Source of the DNA: Anaeramoeba ignava BMAN
Taxonomy: Eukaryota > Protista > Anaeramoebae
NCBI GenBank assembly: GCA_028826165.1
Contig: JAPDFW010000044.1
Span: forward strand, 310,001-374,000
Length of the DNA: 64,000 nucleotides
Direction of reading: 5' to 3'
The translations under genes and the position numbers were made by a program. Under the pieces are notes generated by a model. That model was not told the origin of the DNA and made no database searches. It saw only the letters and a list, made by a program, of their open reading frames with translations. This document shows, in pieces, positions 32,801 to 43,500 of the stretch; positions within the stretch are counted from its first letter, which is position 1; each line of letters opens with the position of its first letter.

Positions 32801-35499
32801 ACTTCTTCTTTTTCAAATTTTTCTTGCTCCAAATTTGGCAAGCATTGCTGAATAACTTGAACTTGATCATTCACATTTTTTTGAGTGTTCAAATATAAGC
32901 ATTCCAAAGTTATTGAAACAAGATCTGAAACTTTTTCAATAATTCTCAATTGAGAAGGAAGTGAAATGGCACTGTTTTGAACAATCAATGCAAGAAGATC
33001 AATATTCTCCACACTTTTTCTTCTCATAAAATCAAGGAAAATGCTTTTGGTTTGTTTGTTTTGGAAAATTTCCTCTTTTTTCCTTTTTAAAAACTTGATT
33101 ATTTTGCCAACAGAAAGTGAATTCAGAAAAAGTGAGAGTTTCTCTTCATTTGTCATTTGAATATAATCTTGAAAACTAAACAATTCAAATTGTTTTTGTG
33201 AATAAATCAACGTTTCAATTTGCTTCATTTCAAAATGAAATTGTTCCAGATTAGGAATATTTTTCTTCATCCCAATTTCAATAAGTTGTTTTGAGTATTC
33301 AAATAATCCTGTAAGTGAATCAATTTCACAAGCACGCTTTAGATACCATTCGCAAATATGCTTTTCTTCTTCAACACTTAATTTCTTTTCCAAATCCAAA
33401 GGTGGAAGAATTACTTGATATTTTTCGGGATTTTCACTTTCAGGAATTGCTTCCAAAATTTTGAATTGTTGTTCTAAATTGATCACATAAGGCATTTGTT
33501 TTAAAACAATAGAAATACTTGAATATTTGCATTTTGATCCCCATTTGACCATTTTTTCAGGAAGAAAACAATTATGGAATTTAAGAAATTTTTCTACATC
33601 AAATTGCTCTGTTTTGTTATCATTATTCTTTCTGTTTTCCAATTCAATTTGTTGGAAAATTTGTAATCTTTGTAGGAATCCAGAAAACAATTTTGTAAAT
33701 GATTGGAATTCTTGATTTTCTTGATTTTCTTCTTGAGATAAATTCAATCCAAATGAAAAAATTGTTTGCATAATTTCAAAATCATTAATCGCCGCTTCTG
33801 AAATTTTTTGAAGAATCCATTTGCGGTCTTTAATTTCTTTAATGCATTGATCCAATTCTTTGAATAGTAACTGCTTTTCATTTTGATCAACAGCATTTAA
33901 ACTTGAAATTTTGTTCATTTTTTCAATTACTTTTTCAAATTTCCTTTTTCTATACAATTCTAATGGGATGTTGTATTCATGAAGCAACTTGAAATTATCT
34001 TTTTCAAAATCCAAATGTTCATTTTTGCGAAGAAAATCTTCTTGATCCATTTTTTTAATAGTCAATATGCGAATCAATGGAATCAGAGAATTTTCATTAT
34101 CTTCATCAATCTTCTGGAATTGAGTATTTTGACTCTCACCAAAACTAAGAGATTGAAGCAAAAAAAGAGTGTTTTGTGGTGATTCTTCGATTGAGGATTT
34201 CCAAACATGAATATCATAAGAATTGAGTCTTAAATGTTCTTGCGAAAATTTTTTGAATTTTTCCATACTTGTTGAAAGATCAATATTTTGCCATTCCTCA
34301 TTTGATTTGTGAAGAGATTTAATTAAAATTTCTGTTATGGAACCCTTTTCATCAAAGGCAACAATCTGTTCATTTCCCCACAAACTGATATTCGCAACCC
34401 ATTCTTTTTGCTTACTTAAATCCCAAAAATTTCGCAATTCAATTTTGTCTTTTGTTTCAAAATCAAAAATGAACAAATTCCCCAAATTATCAAGAAAAAC
34501 AACAGTTTTATCGGGATTATTAAAAGTGAAAATTTGCTTGCAATAGTTGTGCTGTTTATTTTTCAAATAGCTGAGTATATTCTTCTTTTTTTTAGCTTTG
34601 GTTTCTGGATCATGAGTTGAGAATAAATTAACAAATTGAAAATTTGCATCATCAAATTTCCAAATGGAAAAATTAGCATTATCAACATTAGCTTCTTGAT
34701 CTATAGTTTTTGCTTTTTGAATTGGGAATTGTTTTTTGGAAGTGCATTCTCCTCCGATTATTAAGAGTTTGGAATATAAATTAAAGTGTATTTTTGTAAT
34801 ATAATCATGATATTTTGCAAAAGTTTGGAAATCACTCATTTGATTTGGAAAATATGCTCCATATTTGGATTGTAATTTGATAATTTTCAGAATTCCATCA
34901 ACACGAATTACACATAAAATATCAGAATCAATGAAAAAAGCACTAATTACAAATCTTTTTTTGTCTGAATCAAATAATTGTTGATTTGATAATTTCAAAA
35001 CTAAAATCCATTCCATTTTTTGCATTTCTTTTTGTTTTTCAATATCATTTTCCAAAATATCATTTAAAGAGATTAGTCGATGTTCAAACATTATCACATG
35101 ATCATTTGTGGTAAAAACAAATTCTTTACTATTAAAACTCCATGAAATTTTTCGAAAATTACTCATTGGATCAAAAGGAATTTTAATCAATAATTCTGGT
35201 TTTTCAAAATTACTTTCTTCATTAAATAAACATAAATAATGACAAGTCATTAAAACTAAAAATTTTTGATTTGGAGAAATTGAGAAAATAAATTCTTGTT
35301 TTTGATTTTCAGTTTCTGTTTGTTTTGGAAAAAGAAAATTTGGAATTAAATTTTTTGAAATTTTAATTTTTTCATTATTCTTTTCATTTTCTTTAAAATT
35401 TGTTTCAGGAACATTATTTAAAATTATAATAGGAATATTTTCTTGAAGGAATTGATGAGAAGTCCATTGAGAATGAAATTTAAAATCAAAGAAATTCAT
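29827..35499 (-). CDS. NBAS: NBAS/Sec39 (NRZ/Dsl1 ER tethering complex subunit), intronless
   Basis: DPMSNFRKISWS, ILEAIPESENPEKYQVILP, WYLKRACEIDSLTG...LIEIGMKKNIPNL and IFPILKGTSHIKLQIYYKLL match recalled NBAS motifs. 1890 aa. Confidence 0.85.
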   Translation of the reverse strand: MNFFDFKFHSQWTSHQFLQENIPIIILNNVPETNFKENEKNNEKIKISKNLIPNFLFPKQTETENQKQEFIFSISPNQKFLVLMTCHYLCLFNEESNFEKPELLIKIPFDPMSNFRKISWSFNSKEFVFTTNDHVIMFEHRLISLNDILENDIEKQKEMQKMEWILVLKLSNQQLFDSDKKRFVISAFFIDSDILCVIRVDGILKIIKLQSKYGAYFPNQMSDFQTFAKYHDYITKIHFNLYSKLLIIGGECTSKKQFPIQKAKTIDQEANVDNANFSIWKFDDANFQFVNLFSTHDPETKAKKKKNILSYLKNKQHNYCKQIFTFNNPDKTVVFLDNLGNLFIFDFETKDKIELRNFWDLSKQKEWVANISLWGNEQIVAFDEKGSITEILIKSLHKSNEEWQNIDLSTSMEKFKKFSQEHLRLNSYDIHVWKSSIEESPQNTLFLLQSLSFGESQNTQFQKIDEDNENSLIPLIRILTIKKMDQEDFLRKNEHLDFEKDNFKLLHEYNIPLELYRKRKFEKVIEKMNKISSLNAVDQNEKQLLFKELDQCIKEIKDRKWILQKISEAAINDFEIMQTIFSFGLNLSQEENQENQEFQSFTKLFSGFLQRLQIFQQIELENRKNNDNKTEQFDVEKFLKFHNCFLPEKMVKWGSKCKYSSISIVLKQMPYVINLEQQFKILEAIPESENPEKYQVILPPLDLEKKLSVEEEKHICEWYLKRACEIDSLTGLFEYSKQLIEIGMKKNIPNLEQFHFEMKQIETLIYSQKQFELFSFQDYIQMTNEEKLSLFLNSLSVGKIIKFLKRKKEEIFQNKQTKSIFLDFMRRKSVENIDLLALIVQNSAISLPSQLRIIEKVSDLVSITLECLYLNTQKNVNDQVQVIQQCLPNLEQEKFEKEEVEDASKLQTQIQIFQMHAKVLQICKKYGIEKSFAFFLFNKPYQQFLLDFQAKEDEQKIVEIGNLIKNMADSVNSIFEKQESIDQDWIDFLHDMLFVIETFIPQKNEEKTKLIDLCYQTHFESLLFNLQFQLASKFYFKKESKVPFQIMKEIILRIVRDSFNNSLSESDEKFLFAKQIISFCEISEELKLDQEIQQEKLLLQTTSFLFDNFEIKYRPIDIKNSKNRIELICNILKDNDDLRNENIITQTLKIFQMNSYENIIHLNFRIIYSLFQDGEIEEAYEILSKMMKKRPIVNFLLKNPIQENDFDIFNILYQMAKDESLSLNQIKDLHNFIIKFSPGLGLVRASIQEMKIITFIEKGYFSQIKEQEHKKLLKEKHFFGKEKLSQIISQKNQIHEKMELKEEENQNEKIKTLFHDTQNIKKETEQKTSSNKIQQLFDNQSNEKEKEKEKEKEKEKEKKSGLFGSFFQSFKPKFSFIGEKTKTDEKEKTEDLKHFETENLPKETNLKNNLIGIYSFYLSQFYRKTYSEFEENNFAILKFIQNMDEEMHSSKEMQNVLNETIYEISEEEISKDFSIGLFILFSVPDDIEKSFEILQNLLSKTQNNQEIVHFARFYFVIKALLINKMDFSRIKSIGDVEVARNLLVEKISEMKKDGENILVSKTEELLNKEGFFNQTQQKTEEAKKFFSDLQKSEVFPKNQKDLEMNADEFLLNEKYRKEILEKLFEKPNLQLLSKMTDFGDKMGISKLDILLVFLKTAFLASRKEFGSSLLGTFINDNKEIFLENAEKTQKFVRTIFPILKGTSHIKLQIYYKLLIECEAKNRVEQNTPTQEEKTLLVHLKMLTTIKNISPQHNYKNLIENVEEELIRIVEEKNVEQISEIANFFKIISGKKITKSLVFKIFLTNLLSGQIPTDLALNRFQKYQKYFNRLSSLNLYEFVSDCCQDRDRFSLDLKVKKQICEYGIILLKKKKTKTKEINEYIKEFEGFLKKI

Positions 35500-35660
35500 T
35501 TTTAAAAAAAAAAAAATGAAAAAAAAAATAAAAATAAAAATTATTATAAAAAATGAAATTATTAGTAATTTTTTTATTTTTAACGAATATTATTAAAAAT
35601 TAAAATTAATTTTTAACGTAAAATTTAATTCATTTTTCTTTCTTTCCTTTTTAAAAAATA

Positions 35661-36900
35661 ATGAATCAAAATCGAACAAATAAATCAATTTTAAAATCAA
35701 TTTTATCTAAATTTACAGTTAATCAAATTTTAAAATTTTCAAATCAAAAATATGGAATTGAAGATTTTTCAATAATAAAAGCAAGAACAAAACAAAAAAC
35801 AATTGAAAAAACAATTAAAATGATTTTACAATATAATTTAAATAAAAAAAATGAAGAATCAATACAAGAAGAAGATATTGGATTTGCAGATTTATTTTGT
35901 AATTAATTTTTTTAATTTAAATTTATTAAATTAATTTTTAATTTTTGTTTTAGTTTGGATGAATAAAAATCCTCATAGAAATTGGAAAGTTTTAGAACTT
36001 TTTGGTTCAAAATCTAGTTTTGCTAATTTAAAATCTCCAGAAAATTTAAAATCAAAAATTTCTTCCGAATTGAAAATTTTCTTTCCAAAAAAAAATTATC
36101 AACAAAATTCTTCTTTATCAAATTCTTTTAATATAAATATTGGAATTCAAAATTCAAGATTTTATATAAGAATTTCTTTAAATCAACTTTATTCATCAAA
36201 AAATCCATTAGTTATTTATTTAATTTGTGCAATTCCCAAATTTGTTTTAATTTCATTTCCAAATTTTCAAAAAAAAGAACTTAGTAACATTTTTCAACAT
36301 ATTATTTCAAATATTTTTGAATGTGAAAATGTTAAATTTATGGCTCTTTCCAATCGAGATTCTGAAGAACTTTTCAATTTGATTCTCAATCGGAATTCAC
36401 AAGGAATCATTTCCAATTCAAATGAAAAATCAAATGAAAAATCAAATGAAAAATCAAATGAAAAATCAAATGAAAAAGATGATCAATTTCTTCATATTGA
36501 TCTTGATCAAGAAAATCAAGAAAATATTGATTCAAATGAAACTGATGAAACTCAAATGGAAAAATCACTTAGAATTTTTGGAACAGGAAAACAACCAAAA
36601 TTAAACTCTATTGTTTTTCATATTCAACATCCAAATCAAGAAGAAAATTATTCAAATTCTTCCAAAAAAAGAAAAGATGAAACTGAATTACCAAATTTAT
36701 CAAATAATTCAAGAAGAAAAATTTTTCCTTCTAAAAAACCAATTCAAAATTTAAATTGTTCTGTTAAAATATCTGGAAATGATGTTTTAACTGGTTTAAG
36801 AGATATGGTTTTAAATGGAGTTATTAAATCTCCAATTCCTGAATATCTTTCTCAAATTCCTTCTCTTTGTTCGAATAATTTAAATATCAAATTTCAATAA
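35661..36900 (+). CDS. CENPN: Centromere protein N (CENP-N/Chl4)-like; intron 35899-35953
   Basis: Splice keeps frame (ADLFF|WMNKNPHRNWKV). The C-terminus FGTGKQPKL...CSVKISGNDVLTGLRDMVLNGVIKSPIPEYLSQIP..N.LNI resembles the CENP-N C-terminal domain. Confidence 0.7.
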
Positions 36901-36913
36901 AAAAAAAATGATT

Positions 36914-38270
36914 TTATTTTTGATTATTAATTTTTGAAAGAAAAAAGATTATTTTTGTTTTTCAATTTCCATATTTTCATTTTGATTTGTATTTTGATTT
37001 GAATTTTGATTTGAATTTTGATTTAAATTTAAATTTTGTTCTCCTAATTCCCATTTCTCTTTTTCATCAATTTCTTCTATATTTTTTTGTTCAACAATTC
37101 CATTAAAAGTTTTTCTTAAATCTAAATATAATTAAAATTAATAATAATCAAAAAAAATTAATAATTAAAAATAAAAAAACACAAACATCCATGAGAAATT
37201 GCAGATTCACAATTTTTAGAAATTGATAATTTTCCTTTTTCAAATGGTAAATCAAATAATGTTCCTCTTTTTTTTTTTGGAATTTTTGTTTAAGATTATA
37301 AAATATCAAAAAAAAAATAAAATTATTTATACAAATTCATAATATCATAAGGTCCTCTTAATTCCATTAAAGAAGATGTTCCACTAGAAAAAATAATATT
37401 CTTTCCTTTTGTATATTTAATTATATTTAAAATATTATTCATTGCTTTTCTTCTAATTTGAGTTTCTAAAAAAATAAAAAAATTCATTTTTTTCTTTTGT
37501 TGAAAATTTAAATTGTTTTCCTTTTTAATTGAATTTCACCTCCAAGTAAACTTGAATAACGAATTTCAAAAAATATTCCATTTCTTATTGCTTGTTTAAT
37601 CTAAATCCAAAAATTTATCCAAATTTTTTTTGATTTAATTTCAATTTTGAATTTTAAATTTAAAATTTAAAATTATTTTATACTTGTTTATAAGATAATT
37701 GAAAATCAATTTTCTCATTTAAATCAAAAGTAATAATATCAATATAAGAAATTTCACAACATTTATCAAAAAAAACTTTTGTTTTAGGTTCAATTGCAAC
37801 AATATCAAAAGTTTCAAGAATTTGAGAAGAACGATTCTTTTTTTTTTTTTTTTTTTATAAATTTAAAATCAATTCAATTTAAATTGACAAAAAAAAAATA
37901 TACTAAATAAACAAAATCATTATTTGATGAAGGAATATAAGTCATTCTTGAAAGTTGTTTAAATCCTTTTTTTCCATCTGAAATTAATCTTAATGTTGAT
38001 ATTTTTTTTGTTGAATTTTCTTGATCTTTTTTTTCATTTAAAATTATTGGTTCAAATGTTGATTTTTCTGTTATTTTTCCTGTAAAATTTTGATTAAAAG
38101 CAACACAATCATAATTAACTAAATTTTTTTATTTTTAATTTTTAATTTTTAATTTTAATTAATTTTTAATTTTTTTGAGTGAATAAAATACGTTTAATTG
38201 CCATTGCAATTAGTTTTTCCATTTGTTTTTTATTTTTGGGATTATATTTTAAATAAAGATCACAAAACAT
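36914..38270 (-). CDS. RPP30: RNase P/MRP subunit p30 (Rpp1/RPP30), ~7 exons; absent from the ORF track
   Basis: Reverse-strand exons: MFCDLYL..., YDCVAFNQ, KQLSRMTYI, FDIVAIEPKTK..FDKCC..YIDIITFD, AIRNGIFFEIRYSSLL, KGKNIIFSSG...LRGPYDIMN, RKTFNGIV. The 3' end is approximate. Confidence 0.85.
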
Positions 38271-38339
38271 TTTTTTTAAAAATGAATGAAAAAAAATGAT
38301 TTTTAATTTTTCATTTTTCATTTTTTTTTAATAAATAAA

Positions 38340-39428
38340 ATGAATGAAGTTTTATTTTTTGGAAAAAATCAAACAGAAAAAATAACAAAACCAATTCAAT
38401 TTGAAATTGAAAATGAAAATGAAAATGAAAAACAAATTAAACAAATTTCATCATCATATTTTTCAACAATTTTCCTTTTTGAAAATGGAAAAGGAATTGA
38501 ATATTTAAATCCAGAATTTTCAAATTCAAAACAAAATCCTCAAAAAATCCAAATTGAAGAAAATATTCAAAAAGTAACTGTTGGTTATTTAAATGAAGCT
38601 ATTTTAACAAAAGAAGGAAATGTATTTGCAAAAGGAATTGATATTAATAAAACTGAATTTATCAATATTTCATCATTAATTGAAGATGAAAATGATAGAA
38701 TAATTCAAGATGTTATTTGTTCTTCTCGTTCAATTTACTTATTAACTTCAAATCAAAATGCTTATGGAATTGGTTTTAATGATTTTGGTCAAATTGCTGT
38801 TCAATCAATCCAAAAAACACAAAAACCAATTTTAATGATGAAAAATGTTTCTAAAATATTTTCAGGAAATTCTTCAACTCATGTTTTCCTTTTAAATTCA
38901 AATCAAGAATTATTTGGATGTGGATGGAATCAATATGGTCAACTTGGATTAGGAGAATCAATAAAAGAAACGAAAGTCAATAAATTAACCCAAATCCAAA
39001 ATATTCCAAAAGGCAAAATAATTGATATTCAATGTGGAAATATGCATTCAATAATGTTGATTGAAAATGAAAATCAAAATCAAAATCCAAAAAGATATCT
39101 TTATTCATGTGGTTATGGTTCTTTTAATGGACTTGGCGAAACTGAAAATACTTATCAATTTACTGAAATCAAATTACCTTTATTATCTGAAAATGATAAT
39201 ATTCTTGATTTTTCTTGTGGATATTCTCATAATTTAATTTTAACTTCAAATTTTCAATTAATTGGTTTTGGAGATAATGATTATGGCCAATTAGGAAATG
39301 GAAATACAAATTTTCAATTTATTCCTATTCAAATTGAACTTCCTGAATTAAGATTTAATGATTATCTTTCTAATTATCATATTTTTTGTGGATTCAATAA
39401 TTCATTTCTTTATTATTTGAAATTTTAA
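38340..39428 (+). CDS. RCC1-repeat-only member of the RCC1-BTB family (stops before the BTB)
   Basis: Full RCC1 propeller, ends SFLYYLKF* where paralogs continue SFLYYSP..SNLEEDLIKLF. Confidence 0.85.
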   Translation: MNEVLFFGKNQTEKITKPIQFEIENENENEKQIKQISSSYFSTIFLFENGKGIEYLNPEFSNSKQNPQKIQIEENIQKVTVGYLNEAILTKEGNVFAKGIDINKTEFINISSLIEDENDRIIQDVICSSRSIYLLTSNQNAYGIGFNDFGQIAVQSIQKTQKPILMMKNVSKIFSGNSSTHVFLLNSNQELFGCGWNQYGQLGLGESIKETKVNKLTQIQNIPKGKIIDIQCGNMHSIMLIENENQNQNPKRYLYSCGYGSFNGLGETENTYQFTEIKLPLLSENDNILDFSCGYSHNLILTSNFQLIGFGDNDYGQLGNGNTNFQFIPIQIELPELRFNDYLSNYHIFCGFNNSFLYYLKF

Positions 39429-39539
39429 AAAAACCAAAATTCTTTTATTTCTCATTTATTTTCTTTTACTTTTTATCAAATCAATTTTTTCATAATTAAT
39501 AAATAGGAAAAGGATCAAATTTCAAAACATTCTAATATT

Positions 39540-40300
39540 AAGCATAAAAAACAAAAATAAATTAAATATTTTATTATTAAAATATTTTACATAAAAATAT
39601 AAAAAATAAAAATAGATTTAATTTAATATTTAATTTATAAATTAATTTAAAAATATAATTTAATATTCAATTTTATTATTAAAATAATAATTTATTGTTT
39701 TAGATTTAAATATTTTATTATTTAAATATTTAACATATAAATATAAAAAATAAGAATAGATTTAATTTAATATTTAATTTATAAATTAATTTAAAAATAT
39801 AATTTAATATTTAATTTTATTATTAAAATAATATTTTATTGTTTTAGATTTAAATATTTTATTATTTAAATATTTTACATATAAATATAAAAATAAGAAT
39901 AGATTTAATTTAATATTTGATTTATAAATTAATTTAGAAATATAATTTAATATTTAATTTTATTATTAAAATAATAATTTATTGTTTTAGATTTAAATAT
40001 TTTATTATTTAAATATTTAACATAAAAATATAAAAAATAAAAATAGATTTAATTTAATTAAATAATTTTAAATAATTTAAAAATATAATTTAATATTTAA
40101 TTTTATTATTAAAATAATATTTTACAATTTTTAGATTTAAATATATTTTATTTTTAAATATTTTACATATAAATTTTAAGAATTTTCAATTTAATATTTC
40201 TTTTAAAAATATTTTAAATTAAAATTAAATTGTTTAAATTTATGTTTAAAATATTAATTTATTGTTTTAGATTTAAATATTTTGTTATTTAAAAATATTT
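39540..40300 (+). repeat. ~144-bp AT-rich tandem repeat array A (4-5 copies)
   Basis: aatagatttaa anchors at 39611, 39755, 39898, 40042; marker ttattgttttagatttaaat. Confidence 0.9.
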
Positions 40301-40596
40301 TCAATTTATTTCTTTATTAAAAAAATTTTTAAGTTTTATAATTGATTTGTTTCACTAATATTTTATATTTTATAAAATATTTTACAATTAATAATAATTA
40401 ATATATATTTTTAATTTTTATATATTTTTGATTTTCTTTTTTTTCAATTTAATCTTCTTTTTAATAATATTTTTAAATTAAAATTAAATTGTTTAAATTT
40501 GGATTTGTTTCTTATTTATTGATTTGAAGAATTTAAATTGATTGAAAGTAAATGAAAATTGAATTGAATTTTGAAAAAAAAATGAAAAAAAAGTTT

Positions 40597-43500
40597 TTAA
40601 ATGAAATAAGTCTCAAGTTCATCAACAACCCATTCATCATAAGAACCAGCTAAATAACTTTTAGCTTCATTTGTTCCATCGTGAATTCCATTAGGTAGAT
40701 TATAAGTAAAACCAAAATCTGAAAGAGCACTTTGTAATTTAGAATCTATCCAAATATCACCTATAAATATTTTAATAAAGATAAATAATTAATTTTAATA
40801 ATAATTAATAATAATTTAATTTAAAATTAATTTTATTTTAAATTGAAATAATAATATTATTTATTATATTAATATTTTGGATTATTTATTAATTTAATTT
40901 TAATTATAATAATAAATATTTATTAAATATAAATTATTTACCATCTATTTTAATAAAAATAAATAATTAATTTTAATAATAATTAATAATAATTTAATTT
41001 AAAATTAATTTTATTTTTAAATTGAAATAATAATATTATTTATTATATTAATATTTTTGTATTATTTATTAATTTAATTTTAATTATAATAATAATTATT
41101 TATTAAATATAAATTATTTACAAACTATTTTAATAAAGATAAAAAAATTAATTTTAATAATAATTAATTTTAATAATAATTTAATTTAAAATTAATTTTA
41201 TTTTAAATTGAAATAATAATATTATTTATTATATTAATATTTTAGATTATTTATTAATTTAATTTTAATTATAATAATAATTATTTATTAAATATATAAA
41301 TTATTTACTCTCTATTTTAATAAAGATAAATAATTAATTTTAATAATAATTAATAATAATTTAATTTAAAAATTAATTTTATTTTAAATTGAAATAATAA
41401 TAATATTATTTATTATATTAATATTTTGGATTATTTATTAATTTAATTTTAATTATAATAATAAATATTTATTAAATATAATTTATTTACTCCCTCTATT
41501 TTTAATAAATATAAATGATTAATTTTAATAATAATTAATAATAATTTAATTTAAAAATTAATTTTGATTTTTAAATTGAAATAATAATAATATTATTTAT
41601 TATATTAATATTTTGGATTATTTATTAATTTAATTTTAATTATAATAATAAATATTTATTAAATATAAATTATTTACCATCTATTTTTAATAAATATAAA
41701 TGATTAATTTTAATAATAATTAATAATAATTTAATTAAAAATTAATTTTTTTTTTATTTTAAAAATTTCCTAAAAAATAATAATATTATTTATTATATTA
41801 ATATTTAGATTATTTATTAATTTAATTTTAATTATAATAATAATTATTTATTAAATATAATTTATTTACATTCTATTTTAATAAAGATAAATAATTAATT
41901 TTAATAATAATTTAATTTAAAATTAATTTTATTTTAAATTGAAATAATAATATTATTTATTATATTAATATTTTAGATTATTTATTAATTTAATTTTAAT
42001 TATAATAATAAATATTTATTAAATATAATTTATTTACGTTCTATTTTAAATAAAGATAAATAATTAATTTTAATAATAATTAATAATAATTTAATTTAAA
42101 ATTAATTTTATTTTAAATTAAAAAATAATAATATTATTTATTATATTAATATTTTTGGGGGGATTATTTATTAATTTAATTTTAATTATAATAATAAATA
42201 TTTATTAAATATAAATTATTTACATTCTATTTTAATAAAGATAAATAATTAATTTTAATAATAATTAATAATAATTTAATTTAAAATTAATTTTATTTTA
42301 AATTGAAATAATAATATTATTTATTATATTAATATTTTGTATTATTTATTATATTAATATTTTGTATTATTTATTAATTTAATTTTAATTATAATAATAA
42401 ATATTTATTAAATATAATTTATTTTACATTCTATTTTAATAAAGATAAATAATTAATTTTAATAATAATTAATAATAATTTAATTTAAAATTAATTTTAT
42501 TTTAAATTGAAATAATAATAATTATTTATTATATTAATATTTTTGTATTATTTATTAATTTAATTTTTAATTATAATAATAAATATTTATTAAATATAAT
42601 TTATTTACAAAGCTATTTTAATAAAGATAAAAATTAATTTTAATAATAATTAATAATTTAATAATTTAATTTAAAATTAATTTTATTTTTAAATTAAAAT
42701 AATGATATTATTTATTATATTAATATTTTAGATTATTTATTAATTTAATTTTAATTATAATAATAAATATTTATTAAATATAAATTATTTACAAACTATT
42801 TTAATAAATATAAATAATTAATTTTTAAATTATAATTAATAATTTAATTTAATTTAATTTAAAAATTAATTTTATTTTTAAATTAAAATAATAATATTAT
42901 TTATTATATTAATATTTTGTATTATTTATTAATTTAATTTTAATTATAATAATAAATATTTATTAAATATAATTTATTTACTCTCTATTTTAATAAAGAT
43001 AAATAATTAATTTTAATAATAATTAATAATAATTTAATTTAAAATTTAATTTTATTTTAAATTGAAATAATAATATTATTTATTATATTAATATTTTGTA
43101 TTATTTATTAATTTAATTTTAATTATATTAATAAATATTTATTAAATATAAATTATTTACCAACTATTTTAATAAAATAAATAATTAATTTTAATTATAA
43201 TTAATAATAATTTAATTTAAAATTTAATTTTATTTTAAATTGAAATAATAATATTATTTATTATATTAATATTTTGTATTATTTATTAATTTAATTTTAA
43301 TTATAATAATAAATATTTATTAAATATAAATTATTTACCAACTATTTTAATAAAATAAAATAATTAATTTTAATAATAATTAATAATAATTTAATTTAAA
43401 AATTAATTTTATTTTAAATTGAAATAATAATATTATTTATTATATTAATATTTTGTATTATTTATTAATTTAATTTTAATTATAAATAATAAATATTTAT

